Both the position numbers and the translations under genes were made by a program. Positions 34,223 to 44,649 of a stretch of 64,000 bases of DNA are shown here, one piece after another. This DNA is from Hyaloraphidium curvatum SAG 235-1 (lineage: Eukaryota; Fungi; Monoblepharomycota): positions 682,001 to 746,000 of the forward strand of contig JAIVFI010000006.1 in the NCBI GenBank assembly GCA_025558095.1, written 5' to 3'. The notes under the pieces were generated by a model, which made no database searches, was not told the origin of the DNA, and saw only the letters and a program-made list of their open reading frames with translations. Position 1 is the stretch's first letter. Every line of letters starts with the position of its first letter.

Positions 34223-35077
34223 TCACGCGATGCCCAGGCCTCCGGCGCTCGCGCCGCTGTCGGCCACGCCGCCGGACCTGTTGTCGTCGCCTGCCGGCGC
34301 CGGCGCAGGCGGAGATTGCGGGTCGGCGGGCGTGGTGTCGCCGCCTCCAGCGGGCTTGATCGCCTCGCCTGGCCCGCCCTTGCCGTCCTTTGCCGCGTCC
34401 GCAGCCGCGCCGCCGGCAGCCTTGGGTGCCTGGTCCTCGGGCACGCCCAGCACCACCTCTGGCGACGCCGCCTCGCTCCCCAGCATCTCGGCCTCGATCT
34501 CCTCGTCGTCCACGTAGTCCGGCTTGCGCCGCTTTGCCGCCCTGGCGCCCGCGCCGCCCCTCCTGCGCGGCGCCTTCCTCTCCTTGCCCAGCCTGCGGCC
34601 CGGCGGCGGGTTCCCGGCCTGGCCGGCCCCTGCGTCGACGCCCTCGCGTCGCATGTCCCTGCGCTGGCCGTGGCCGACGCCCAGCAGCTGCAGCTCGCCG
34701 CCGCCCTCCGCGTGCGGGTCGCCCACGCGCACCTTTGTGGGCGGCCCGGGGTCGGTCAGCGCCCCGTCCGCCGGCGCCGACCCGCCGAAGTGGTCCGCGT
34801 AGACGTGCAGCGCGACGGCGGCGGCGGCGAGCACGGCCAGCGCGCCGCGCAGCATCCGCCGCACGCGCTTCATGGCGAGTTTGGGCAGCAGCGCGCGCGT
34901 GGCCGCCGGCGTCGACCCCGCCGCGCCGCCGATCGCGGGCCCGCTGGCGCGCGGCGGCGACTTTGAGCGGTGCACGGGCAGCGCGTGCGCCGACGGCGGG
35001 CCGGCCAGCAGCGGCGACGTCGGCGACGAGTGCGACGGCCGCCGCTCGTTGTGTCGCGGCTGCGGCAGCGGCAGCAT
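34223..35077 (-). CDS. Single-pass (type II) membrane protein of unknown function
   Basis: 284-aa ORF with a basic patch, then TM ALAVLAAAAVALHVY, then a disordered tail. Confidence 0.5.
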   Translation of the reverse strand: MLPLPQPRHNERRPSHSSPTSPLLAGPPSAHALPVHRSKSPPRASGPAIGGAAGSTPAATRALLPKLAMKRVRRMLRGALAVLAAAAVALHVYADHFGGSAPADGALTDPGPPTKVRVGDPHAEGGGELQLLGVGHGQRRDMRREGVDAGAGQAGNPPPGRRLGKERKAPRRRGGAGARAAKRRKPDYVDDEEIEAEMLGSEAASPEVVLGVPEDQAPKAAGGAAADAAKDGKGGPGEAIKPAGGGDTTPADPQSPPAPAPAGDDNRSGGVADSGASAGGLGIA

Positions 35078-35250
35078 GGCGGATTCCCGGGAAACCAGGC
35101 CTCGGAGTGTTTGGTGCGTGCTTTCGGGGTTGATAGGCGAAAGTCGCTAGACCGAACAGCCGATATAAACAAAGGACTTTCTGCTTCGGGCCGATTCCCG
35201 CCCACTGCCCATTGCGGCGGCAGCAGGAAGCGCGTTCCGCCTTCCCTACG

Positions 35251-35991
35251 ATGTCGGCTCCACCGCGCATGCCGCTGCCTCCGACACCCACCACCCCCCT
35301 GCCGATCCCCGGTCCCTCGGTCGCCAAACCCACGCTCTACCACTGCCCCTCCGCGCGCTCCTTCCGCGCCCTGTGGGCCCTGGAGGAGCTCGGCCTGGAC
35401 TACGACCTCGTGGTGATGCCGTTCCCCCCCCGCGTCTTCGAAAAGGCCTACCTCAAGGTCAACCCGCTCGGCACGATCCCGCTGTACCTCGAAGGCACGA
35501 CGCGGATGACGGAATCGGCGGCCATCTGCGAGTTCCTCGCCGCGCGGCACGGCCCGACAACGCTGGCCGTGAAGCCCGAGGAGCCGGCGTTCGGGGACTA
35601 CCTCAATTTCCTGTACCAGGGCGAGGCGACCCTCACCTTCCCGCAGACCATCGTGCTGCGGTACAGGTTCCTCGAGGTCGGCAAGCAGGGCCGCGACGGC
35701 GCCGCGGACGACTACGGGACCTGGTTCCTCGCGCGGCTGCGGCACGCCGGGGCCAAGCTCGAGCGGGAAGAGTACGTCTGCGCGGGCAGGTTCACCATGG
35801 CGGACATCAGCTTCGCGTACGCGCTGATGCTGGCCGAGCGGGTCGGCCTGGACAAGGGGTTCCCGCCCGCGGTGGCGCGGTACTGGGCGAGGATGAAGGA
35901 GCGCGACGGGTTCAAAAGGGCGATCGCGGCGCAGGAGAGGGGGGCGGAGGCGAGGGGGCTCGCGGCCAAGCCGAGGACGTACGCTTCTTGA
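35251..35991 (+). CDS. Glutathione S-transferase, bacterial-like, intronless
   Basis: LYHCPSARSFRALWALEELG, NPLGTIP, TESAAICEFL, FTMADIS. Confidence 0.9.
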   Translation: MSAPPRMPLPPTPTTPLPIPGPSVAKPTLYHCPSARSFRALWALEELGLDYDLVVMPFPPRVFEKAYLKVNPLGTIPLYLEGTTRMTESAAICEFLAARHGPTTLAVKPEEPAFGDYLNFLYQGEATLTFPQTIVLRYRFLEVGKQGRDGAADDYGTWFLARLRHAGAKLEREEYVCAGRFTMADISFAYALMLAERVGLDKGFPPAVARYWARMKERDGFKRAIAAQERGAEARGLAAKPRTYAS

Positions 35992-36036
35992 TTGTCCCCC
36001 CCCCGCGCGCCATTACAGCGGACGGACCGCCCCGCT

Positions 36037-37062
36037 CTACACGACCTGCACGTTCAGGCCGTGCGCCCACCCCTCCGCCTCCACTAGCAGCCTGTCGAGC
36101 TCCTCCGTGACGATCCCCGGCCTGCCCAGGATGTTGGTCCTGTCCCACTGGAAGGCGATCGGCGACCCCGGCACGACGAGGTGCCCGTGCAAGCGGGTGT
36201 TCTCCTCCTCGAACCCGTCCCCCGCGTGCACGAGGTCGGGCCGGAACACGAGCACCGACCCGTCCTCCAGGCGCAGGCGGAGCATCCTCCCGCCCCCGTG
36301 GAGCTCGAACGGCCCCCTGCCCCCGCTCGTCCACGCCTTCTGCATGCACTTCCACGAGTACGGCCACAGCCTGATGGCCGTGCCCTGCCCCGCGGCGATC
36401 ATGAAGAGCAGCGGCATGTCCCGCTCCGGCCTCGCGGCCTGCATCGCGTTCCTCGACGCCGCCGTGGTGAACACGAAATCCGTGTGCTTGGGCTGCGGCT
36501 TGCACCCGGGGAGCGACCGCAGCGCCGCCACGTGCTCCATGCGCCTCCCCGGAAACAGCGCCTCCAGGCACCTCCGCAGGGAAGCATGCAGGTCCCCGCA
36601 CCCCTGGTTCATGTACCGCACGAACGCCTGCATCCGCAGCCCGTCGCCGGACCCCTCTCCCCCGGTCGCGGGGTCGACGGCCTGGAACACGGGGGCGTAG
36701 GCCAGCCCCGAGCCCCGCGCGGGGTCCAGCAGCGCCGCGGGGTCGCTGATCGCGAAGGCACCCGGGATCACGGCGAAGCCCGGGCCGTTCAGCAGCCGGT
36801 GCACCGCGTCCATCCGCTCCCGCGTGGCCCACGCGCGCACCCGGAGCTCCGCGCTGCGGGGGGTGTCGACGTACGAGGGGAGGAAGGGGACGCAGGTGCG
36901 GGGGAAAGCGCGGAGGGCGAAGCGAGGGGGGGTCTCGGAGGCGCTCGAGTCGTCCGAGTCCAGGTCCGGGGCGTCGTCAGGGGGGCCGGGCGGGAAAGCG
37001 GGGGCGCCGCCACCGGAAGGCACATCCAACGGCGCCGCGTCGATGAGCTGCAGGGAACGCAT
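36037..37062 (-). CDS. 2OG-Fe(II) dioxygenase-like (PhyH-like) protein
   Basis: LRSLPGCKPQPKHTDF (HxD), FRPDLVHAG (distal His), ENTRLH (Arg). Confidence 0.7.
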   Translation of the reverse strand: MRSLQLIDAAPLDVPSGGGAPAFPPGPPDDAPDLDSDDSSASETPPRFALRAFPRTCVPFLPSYVDTPRSAELRVRAWATRERMDAVHRLLNGPGFAVIPGAFAISDPAALLDPARGSGLAYAPVFQAVDPATGGEGSGDGLRMQAFVRYMNQGCGDLHASLRRCLEALFPGRRMEHVAALRSLPGCKPQPKHTDFVFTTAASRNAMQAARPERDMPLLFMIAAGQGTAIRLWPYSWKCMQKAWTSGGRGPFELHGGGRMLRLRLEDGSVLVFRPDLVHAGDGFEEENTRLHGHLVVPGSPIAFQWDRTNILGRPGIVTEELDRLLVEAEGWAHGLNVQVV

Positions 37063-37331
37063 GCGTGCAACGAGTTGTTCTGCGGAGGGTGGACCGGGCA
37101 ACGTCGGCGTTTTCGATCGGTGACTCAGCGTAACAACGGAGGGAAGAGCAAGCGTTCGTCAAGCAGCAGCGAGCACATAGCTCAACGCGGCGAAGCCAGC
37201 CAAAGATCGCCGCTTTCATCGATGAAGAAGATGTCAGCTACTCTAAACCACCCTTGCTCTCGAAAGAACGGTCAACCGCCCGTGCATGATCACAGCCCTT
37301 CCCCTCCCTGTCCACTCCCCGACGTAGCCCT

Positions 37332-38563
37332 TCAGACCCCGGCGCACTTGTAGACGATGTCGACGTAGTAGAATGAGTTCAGGAACTGGTCCGTGGGGTA
37401 GGACGGGGCGCTGCTGTACGTGTACCTGCCGGCGGTCGCGACGACGTCGCCGGATCCGTAAGTCACACCGCCGGCAAAGACGTCGTGCTTGAAGACGTAG
37501 TAGGTCGGGCTCGTCGGGCCGGTGTTGGCGAGGTACGACGCGATGACTGGGTGGATGGCGATGCGTCAGTTCACGGCAAAGTCGGAGTAAGTTCCCTCGG
37601 GCCACCGACATTGTCCGCCGGCAGCAATGCGGATGGAAGTGATCGGGTACTCGGTCCATCCTGATCCGACGGTGATGGGCCCGGTGCTGCGAGCCGGGGC
37701 CGAGGGATCGGTCCAGATCTGCCCGTACACCGTCTTGCCGACGAAGGACGACCCCGTGCCGTAGATGCGGATGGCGACGATGTCGATTGCCTGCGATGCC
37801 TGCATGACCGTGCCCAGGGTGACGGCGCTCGTGTCCAGGGGCTGGCCGTTATGGCCGTCGGCGACGTTGGCCCCGCCAAAGTCACCGAAGACGTTGAACG
37901 CCGTGGTCGGCGCCGAACATCCCGTGTAGGTGCGGAGAACCCTGATTCCGGCGGCGTTGTTGCAAGTTCCGACGCCGTTGGATTGCTGCGAGCAGGCACG
38001 TGCGTGAGTTGGAGATCAACAGATCATTGGCGGTCGCCGTGCGACACGCACAATCTGGTTGCGCGACGTGGGGCCGGCAGCGAGCGAACTCTTGGTGTAC
38101 CATCCCTTGACGGTGAAGCACAGCTGGTCGGTGCTCTTGAAGCCGGGCGGGAGGGTGAACTTGACGGTGCCGACCTCGTCCGACGAGATCAAGCACGATG
38201 CTCCGCAGTCGGTCGGGAGATCCGGCAGGAACCACGCGAGCTTGACCCAGGTGAGAGTGTCTGTCGAAGACAGAGTCAGCTTCGCCTGAATAGCGGAGGT
38301 GCGGGAAACATCACCTCCACAGTCCGTGCCAGAGAGCGAATAGCACAGCTTGGTCGTCGGGACGGCAGGGCACGTGCACTGCGACGGGCGGCTGTTCTGC
38401 TCGGCGCTGAGGAGGGTCATTTCCGGGGGGCAGACGCAGCGAGGGCCTTGGGCTGCGGGATTTCGGTCCGGTCGGCTCCGGTGCCGGGAGAAAGCGCATC
38501 GGACCTACCCTGCGCGGCCGCCAGCGGCAGAACCAGGCAGAAGAGGGCGGCGATGAAGCGCAT
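37332..38563 (-). CDS. Secreted protein with Cys-rich N-domain and C-terminal DUF4082-like domain
   Basis: Signal peptide MRFIAALFCLVLPLAAA; about 3 introns; C-domain AVTLG..AIRIY..GQIW..SGW..IRIAAGGQFIASY..GRYTY..SYPT..NSFYYVDIVY. Confidence 0.75.
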
Positions 38564-38843
38564 TGCGGTAGGAGTCATTGTGCCTTGGAAGTCAGAGCGC
38601 GATTCGCGAATCGAGCGCCGCGGAAGGAGACAGTTATGATGTGAGCGGTGATTCGAACACCGCTTCCGTTCGCCACAGTGAATAGACCAACACAGTGAAT
38701 CACTCTGCAACAGGTTACACCCGACGAACTGATATCAGGAATCACACCGCGAAGCGAAAACAACGAAGAAGAATGGAATTCACAGTGAATGTACAGTTCA
38801 ACTTTCGCCCTTCGCGGCCACCGCCTGCCGGTGCGGGTCCAGC

Positions 38844-41281
38844 TCACAGCTTCGCCTTCCCGGCCATCACCTGCTGGTACCGCTCCCTCGTGAGCGGCAC
38901 GTAACCCTTGGCCTCGTCGTACACGTAGAGCGGCTCCGGCACCTTGTCCAGGTCGTACCCGTCGTTCTGGAACGCCGTCTTGGTGTACTTGAACGTCACC
39001 GTGCTCGTGGCCTCGAAGGTCTCGAAGAGGCGGCAGAACCGCGGGGCGGCGTAGCTCGGGAGCGCCTTCTTGCAGTATCGCCCCAGCTCGGCCATGGCCT
39101 CGTCCGTTTGCACACGCTGCTCGGGTTCGAGGATCACCGCGGCCTGGTGTGAAGGGCAGGTGAGCAATCCGTCGCGATGGGCCGTACCCGAAGGCGCGAC
39201 GTACCATGCCCGCCCGCCCGTCCTGACCGGGCACTTTGACGCCGTACACGTTGCAGTCGCGCAGCACGGGACACTCGAGCATGACGTCGCGGACCTGCAT
39301 GGTCGAGCAGTTCTCGCCCTTGTAGCGGAAGGTGTCCCCCAGCCGGTCGACGAAGTGGAAGTAGTTCTGGGAGTCGCGGACCAGAAGGCTGCGACACCGT
39401 TAGCAGAGGCACTTCGGGAGACCTTCGAGAATGATACGCACTCGCCGGATCTGACCCAGACGTCCCCTTTCTCAAATGCATCGCGGATGTACTTCTTTGT
39501 GGTGGCTGGGGAGAGGGAAGATGTCAATCCGATGCAGGCCAGACGATGCAATGACATACCCTGCTCGTTCTTGAAGTAGCCGACAAAGTTCTCCCCGACC
39601 AGCTTGCCAATAATCTCGCCCGGCTCGTTGGCCGCGCACTCGATGCAGAAGCCCGTCTTGGGGTCGCGGATCACTTGCGGGGATCGGTCAGTTCGTCGGT
39701 ACTCGTGAACCGGCAAGGAGCCGAGCAACCCACGCTCCTCCGTGTCGAGATCGATCTTGATCATCCGCTGGTACGTCGAGCGGAAGAGCAGCCTGAAGAG
39801 CGGGCCCTGGAATCCGACCGCGCCCGGCTTGCCGAAGTAGCTGTACGCCCGTCAGCGGCATGCTTGCCCGAGCACCCGAGCAAACCCACTTCATCGATCC
39901 GACGTTGCCTTCGGTGCTTCCGTAGCTGCAGTGGATGAGATGCGCACGTCAGATGCTGGAAACATGGCATAAACGAGCGGAAGCCACACACCCCTCGCAC
40001 AGCATCACCCCGAACCGCCTCTCAAACTCGGTCCAGATGTCCGGGCGCACCCCGTTGCCGAAGCACACGCGCACCTTATGCGCACGGTCGTAGGGGGAGG
40101 GAGGGCTGAGCGTGAGGAACCTGTCGTGGGGATGGAATGGAAGCCGAAAGCATTCTGAGTTGGCCAATGGCAACGCACCTGATGAATTCCCCGACGTATG
40201 GGTGCGTGGTCACCCCAGTTTGTGTGCAGAATGCGAAGAAGTTGGACGCCGAGAACCGCCGGGTGAGGCAGACGGGGATGCCGAGCATGCACGCGAGGTG
40301 CACCGCGAAACCGCCGTTGGCGTGGAAGAGCGGGCCGACGCCGTACACCCGCTCCTCGGAGTTCTTGCGCACGAGGCCCGCGGTGTTGAAAATGATGTAG
40401 CCGGCGTGCTTGGCGTGGTTGAGGATGGCGGCCTAACCGAAAAGGATGTCAGCTCCGCCGCACACCCATCCCGGAACAAACTTTCCCACCTTTGGCAACC
40501 CGGTAGAGCCCGAGGTGTAAACAAGGGAAGCCACGCTGGTCGGTAGCACGTCCTTGCGCATCTCCTTCGGTATCTCGGCCACCTTGATGTCCGGATACCG
40601 CCGCACGAGATCCCCCGGGCTCACGTAGCTGTGCTCGAACGCGAACGGCGTCGTCGGCGGTGGTAGAGCAGAATAGCAGACCAGCTTTGTGCCCTTCTCG
40701 CGGAAGAACTCGGGCACGTCGGCGATCCTGGACTGCAGCACGGGCTCGAATACCAGCACCCGTGCCGAGCTGACGTCGACCGAGTGCGTGAAGACCTTGC
40801 CCGCTTGGTTGTAGTTGAGGTAGGCCACGGGGCACCCGAGCTTCCACGCCGCCAGCATGACGATTACGAAGCCCGGGCAGTTCTCGTGCAGGCTGGCGAT
40901 CATCTCCCCAGGCCTGACACCGTGCTCCTCCATCAGGTAGCGCGCCAGCCGCGTCGACTCCTCGTCCGCCTCGCGGAAGGTGACGACCACGTTCTTGCCG
41001 TCCCCGGGCTGCTCCTGGAACACTATGAACGGCTTGTCCGCGTTGGCCTTGGCAGTGAACAAAAAGCGGTCGATCTGGGAGTAGCGGCCCGCGGCGATTT
41101 CCTTAGTGACGTAGTCGACCGCCGCGGCGCCGGCGCGGATCTGGAAGAGGTCCTTGGAGAAGCCGTAGCGTTCTTTGGGGGGGGTCACGGAAGTCCTGGA
41201 CAGCGGACGCGCGGCGGACACACCGTCCAAGGCCAGCATGCCCAGGCCCGCGGCGGCCCCGGCAATCAGCGCGCGCTGCAT
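38844..41281 (-). CDS. Very-long-chain acyl-CoA synthetase / fatty acid transport protein (FATP/FAT1-like)
   Basis: VYTSGSTGLPK, PLFHANG, YVGEFIR, GNGVRPDIW.EF..RFG, FVDRLGDTFRYKGEN, TFKYTK; many introns; ends -AKL. Confidence 0.9.
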
Positions 41282-41573
41282 CGCGGGAAACGCGACTTCT
41301 GGCGGGGAATGGGAGTGGATGTTTGGGAGACAACTTGCCCCGTGCGAACGTGTCGCCGCCACCTGCGAATCTGGCCAAGGGCGCTTGCCCAAGTTCACGT
41401 TGGTTCGCTGCATCTTATGTACATGCGATAATTTTGGCAATAGATTGCCACCGGCCGCCCTGCAGCCGGGTCCGAGGACGGCCGGCCGCCTACGGGCAGC
41501 GCGACCGCGGGCCCAACGCCTCCACCAGCACCTCCGAGCCGTCCGCCCTCGTTGCACCGCTCCACCCCGACGT

Positions 41574-43235
41574 TCACGACCGCAGCGCGACGGCCAGCTC
41601 CTTAAACGAATCCACGAGCTTGTCCATGTCCTCCGCCGTGTGCTCCAGCGACACGAGCCACTGCTCGTCCAACCCCGGGGGCGTGAGGATGCCCCTGTTG
41701 ATTCCCCACAACCACATCAGCTCCGCCGCCTCGAAATCCGTCGCTTTGCTGGAAATCGACAGCAGTTAGGCAACTTCCCAAGGAAAAACCGATGAAAACC
41801 CACTAGTCGCGGTAATTTCTGACCGGCAGGGGCGACCAGATCACCGCCCCCTTGATCCCGAACCCGATCGTGTGCGCGGGCAGGCGGTGCTCTGCAATCA
41901 CCGCGTCCATCTTGGCCAGCGCGTCGAGGTTGATCTTTTCCGCGGCGGCGAGGGCCTCGGGGGTGCAGAGCTCGTCGACGGCGACGACGGCGGCGGAGAC
42001 GAGGGGGTTGCCGTTGTAGGTGCCGAAGTGGGCCTTAGAAAACGAGTGGGGTCAGAAAGGGTAGCTGCAAAGCTGTCGGGAGGTCTTACCATTCGCCCGT
42101 CGACGACGGCCGACATGTACTTGGCTTTCCCGCCGAATGCGGCGACGGGGAAGCCGCCGCCGATGCTCTTGGCGAGGGTGATCAGGTCGGGCTTCACGCC
42201 AAGGCGCTCGGCGCCGCCGTGGGCTCCGGCCGTGAGCCCGGTCTTGACCTCGTCGAAGATCAGGCAAACGTCGTGCTTGTCGCAGAGCTCCCTGACGCCC
42301 TTGAGGTAGCCCTCGTCGGGAAGCACGATGGACAGGTTCTCGACGACGGGTTCCAGCACGAACGCCGCGATCTCGCCCTTGTGCTCGTCCAGGATCTTCT
42401 CCAGGTAAGGGAGGTCGTTGTACGGCACCACGTACACCGTCCCGGGCACGGCGTCGATCGGGGCGTGCGGGATCGGCGCGTCGGCGGGGCCGATGGCGGA
42501 GAGCGGGGGCTTGACTGAGACCTGGAGGGCGTCGTAGCCGCCGTGGTAGCCGCCCTCGAGCTTGATGATCGCCTTGCGGCCGGTGACGGCGCGCGCGACA
42601 CGGATGGCGTACATCTGTGCCGGGATCAGTCAACATCGAGGTGCATTGAGGATGATCACGGCGGAGCGACCCACGGTGGACTCGGTGCCCGAGTTGGTGA
42701 AGCGCATCATGTCCAGCCCGAAGCGGCGCTTGAACCGTTCCGCGGCGTCGGTCGACGCGGGCGAGGGCGTGACGAAGAGAGTGCCTGTGCCGTCCAGCGC
42801 CTCCTTGACCCGCTTGACGACGTGCTCGTTGAGGTGGCCGACCATCATGGCGCCGAAGCCCATGGACAGGTCGAGCATCTTGCGGCCGTCGATGTCGGTC
42901 AGGTACGCGCCCTTGGCGGAGACCACCGAGACCGGCCAGGGGTCCCAGTGCTGGAAGCTCGAGGTGACGCCGAGCGGCAGCACCTCCGACGCCACCGCAT
43001 TGTGCTCGCCCGACTTTTTCGTGGTCGCCGCGAACGTCTCGCGCTCCTTGGCAAGCAGCGCGGCGACCTTTTCGTGGTTCAGCGGCTCCCACGTCGACGG
43101 CAGGTTGCGCCAGCCGGCGGGGTCATGTGGCGGGAACGAGGCCGCCTTGGCCGGCGCGGGCGGCGCGGCGGCGACGGCGGGCACCTTTGCCGCGACCTCG
43201 GCAATCGTTGCGGCGGGCAGCGTGGCGGCGGGCAT
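41574..43235 (-). CDS. Class III aminotransferase, glutamate-1-semialdehyde aminomutase-like (bacterial type)
   Basis: LPLGVTSSFQ, KGAYLTDIDG, RFTNSGTES, EGGYHG, LIFDEVKTG, LAKSIGGG, GTYNGNP, PPGLDEQWLVS; 3 introns. Confidence 0.85.
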
Positions 43236-43660
43236 CGTGAGTGGGCAGCGGAAGGCGAGTGAAGTTTCTCAGGGTGTTTTGCTCGTCGCGCGGGACGGAA
43301 CTCCGGGCGGCGTTGCGGCTCAGCCTCACGCGTGAGCAAAGGCGCCGCCGTCGGCTCGCCGTGCCGACAACATTCCATCGTCTTCCGAAGATTCATGGCT
43401 GCTTCCACGGCAGCCCCCCTGCATAATACTCGGCGTCCTCCGCAGCAATTATGATTTCGTCGCACTTTTGCCGAGCTGGACCCGGCCAGGCTACCAAACC
43501 ACCGGCATCTTGGAAGTCCACGACGCTCTTGCGGCCACCTCCGCGATTGAACTCGGTCGGCCAGTTGGGACATCAATTCATCGCGACGGAGTGCCTGTAG
43601 CTCATCGCCCACGCGAAGCTCACTGCGAACCCTCAAGCAGTGCATCAAATTGATCAAGAA

Positions 43661-44462
43661 TCACATCCCATCATCCTCGTCGTCTACATTGATCTCAATC
43701 TCCTCGTTGTTAGCCCATGGCGGCCCGCCGAGGCCACCAAAGGCGCCGTGCCCGCCTGGCTGCCCGTCCCCGCCGTCGTCCATGTCCTCGTCCTCCATGT
43801 CCAGAGCGATTTCCTCCTCGTTCGCGACGGGAGCAGCGCGAAACGGGGCTGGAGCTGGTTCGGCCGCCCCATCCCCGCCCCACTCCCGATCGCCGAAGTA
43901 GCGGCCTCCTCTGCTCCCGTCTCCCCCTCCTCCCCACCCACCCCCGCCCCTTCCCCCTCCCCTCCCGGGCCTTCCCACCCGCCTCAGCACGTCCCCCTTG
44001 TCCGTCATCAGCCCCATTTCCACCGGCCCCGGGCCCCACTCGGTGCCCTCCCCCAGTCGGGCCCACGGGTCCTGCGTCATGGATTTGCGGTAGAACCGCG
44101 CACCGTCCACGGGACGGTCATCGGCTTGGTGTCCGTGGCCGTAGTTTCCGCCTCCGCCGAAACCCCGGCCCCCTCGACCCCGTCCGCGACCGCGCTGGTT
44201 GCCCCCGCCGCCGTGTCCCCCGCCGCGCCCAAAGTTCCCACCGCCAAAGCGCTGCTTCTGCCACAAATGCACCACATGGACGCGTAGAAATGGATATGGA
44301 AGGCGATTGGGCTAAATGAGTGCCGCGGAAGACAACGAGCGCCCGGCACCGGCACACTTTGAAGGGCGGGCCTCCGCCGCCGTTTCCGCCCCCGTAGCCG
44401 CCGCCGCCGCGCGGACCTGATCCTCCGCCGCGTCCTCCGCCACCGTATTGGCCGTCGGACAT
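43661..44462 (-). CDS. RGG-rich protein with MPLKIP/TTDN1-like SMxxDPW motif
   Basis: Gly/Arg-rich repeats, FYRKSMTQDPWARL, acidic EEIALD/EEIEIN tail; intron near 44313-44357. Confidence 0.6.
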
Positions 44463-44649
44463 CCCCAGGCGCGTTGCAGAAGATGGTGAGGTGTCCCGTC
44501 TCAGAGGCAGCAACCAAGGCGCCGACAACGGCTTTGAGGCGCTCTCGCCGGGGTGGCAAGCTCCTCCGCACGTTTCGGATCTAGTTTCCGGACGGAAACA
44601 GGAGAGCCAGCAGTGGTCGATTGCTGACTACAAGATTCTTCGCCTTGAT

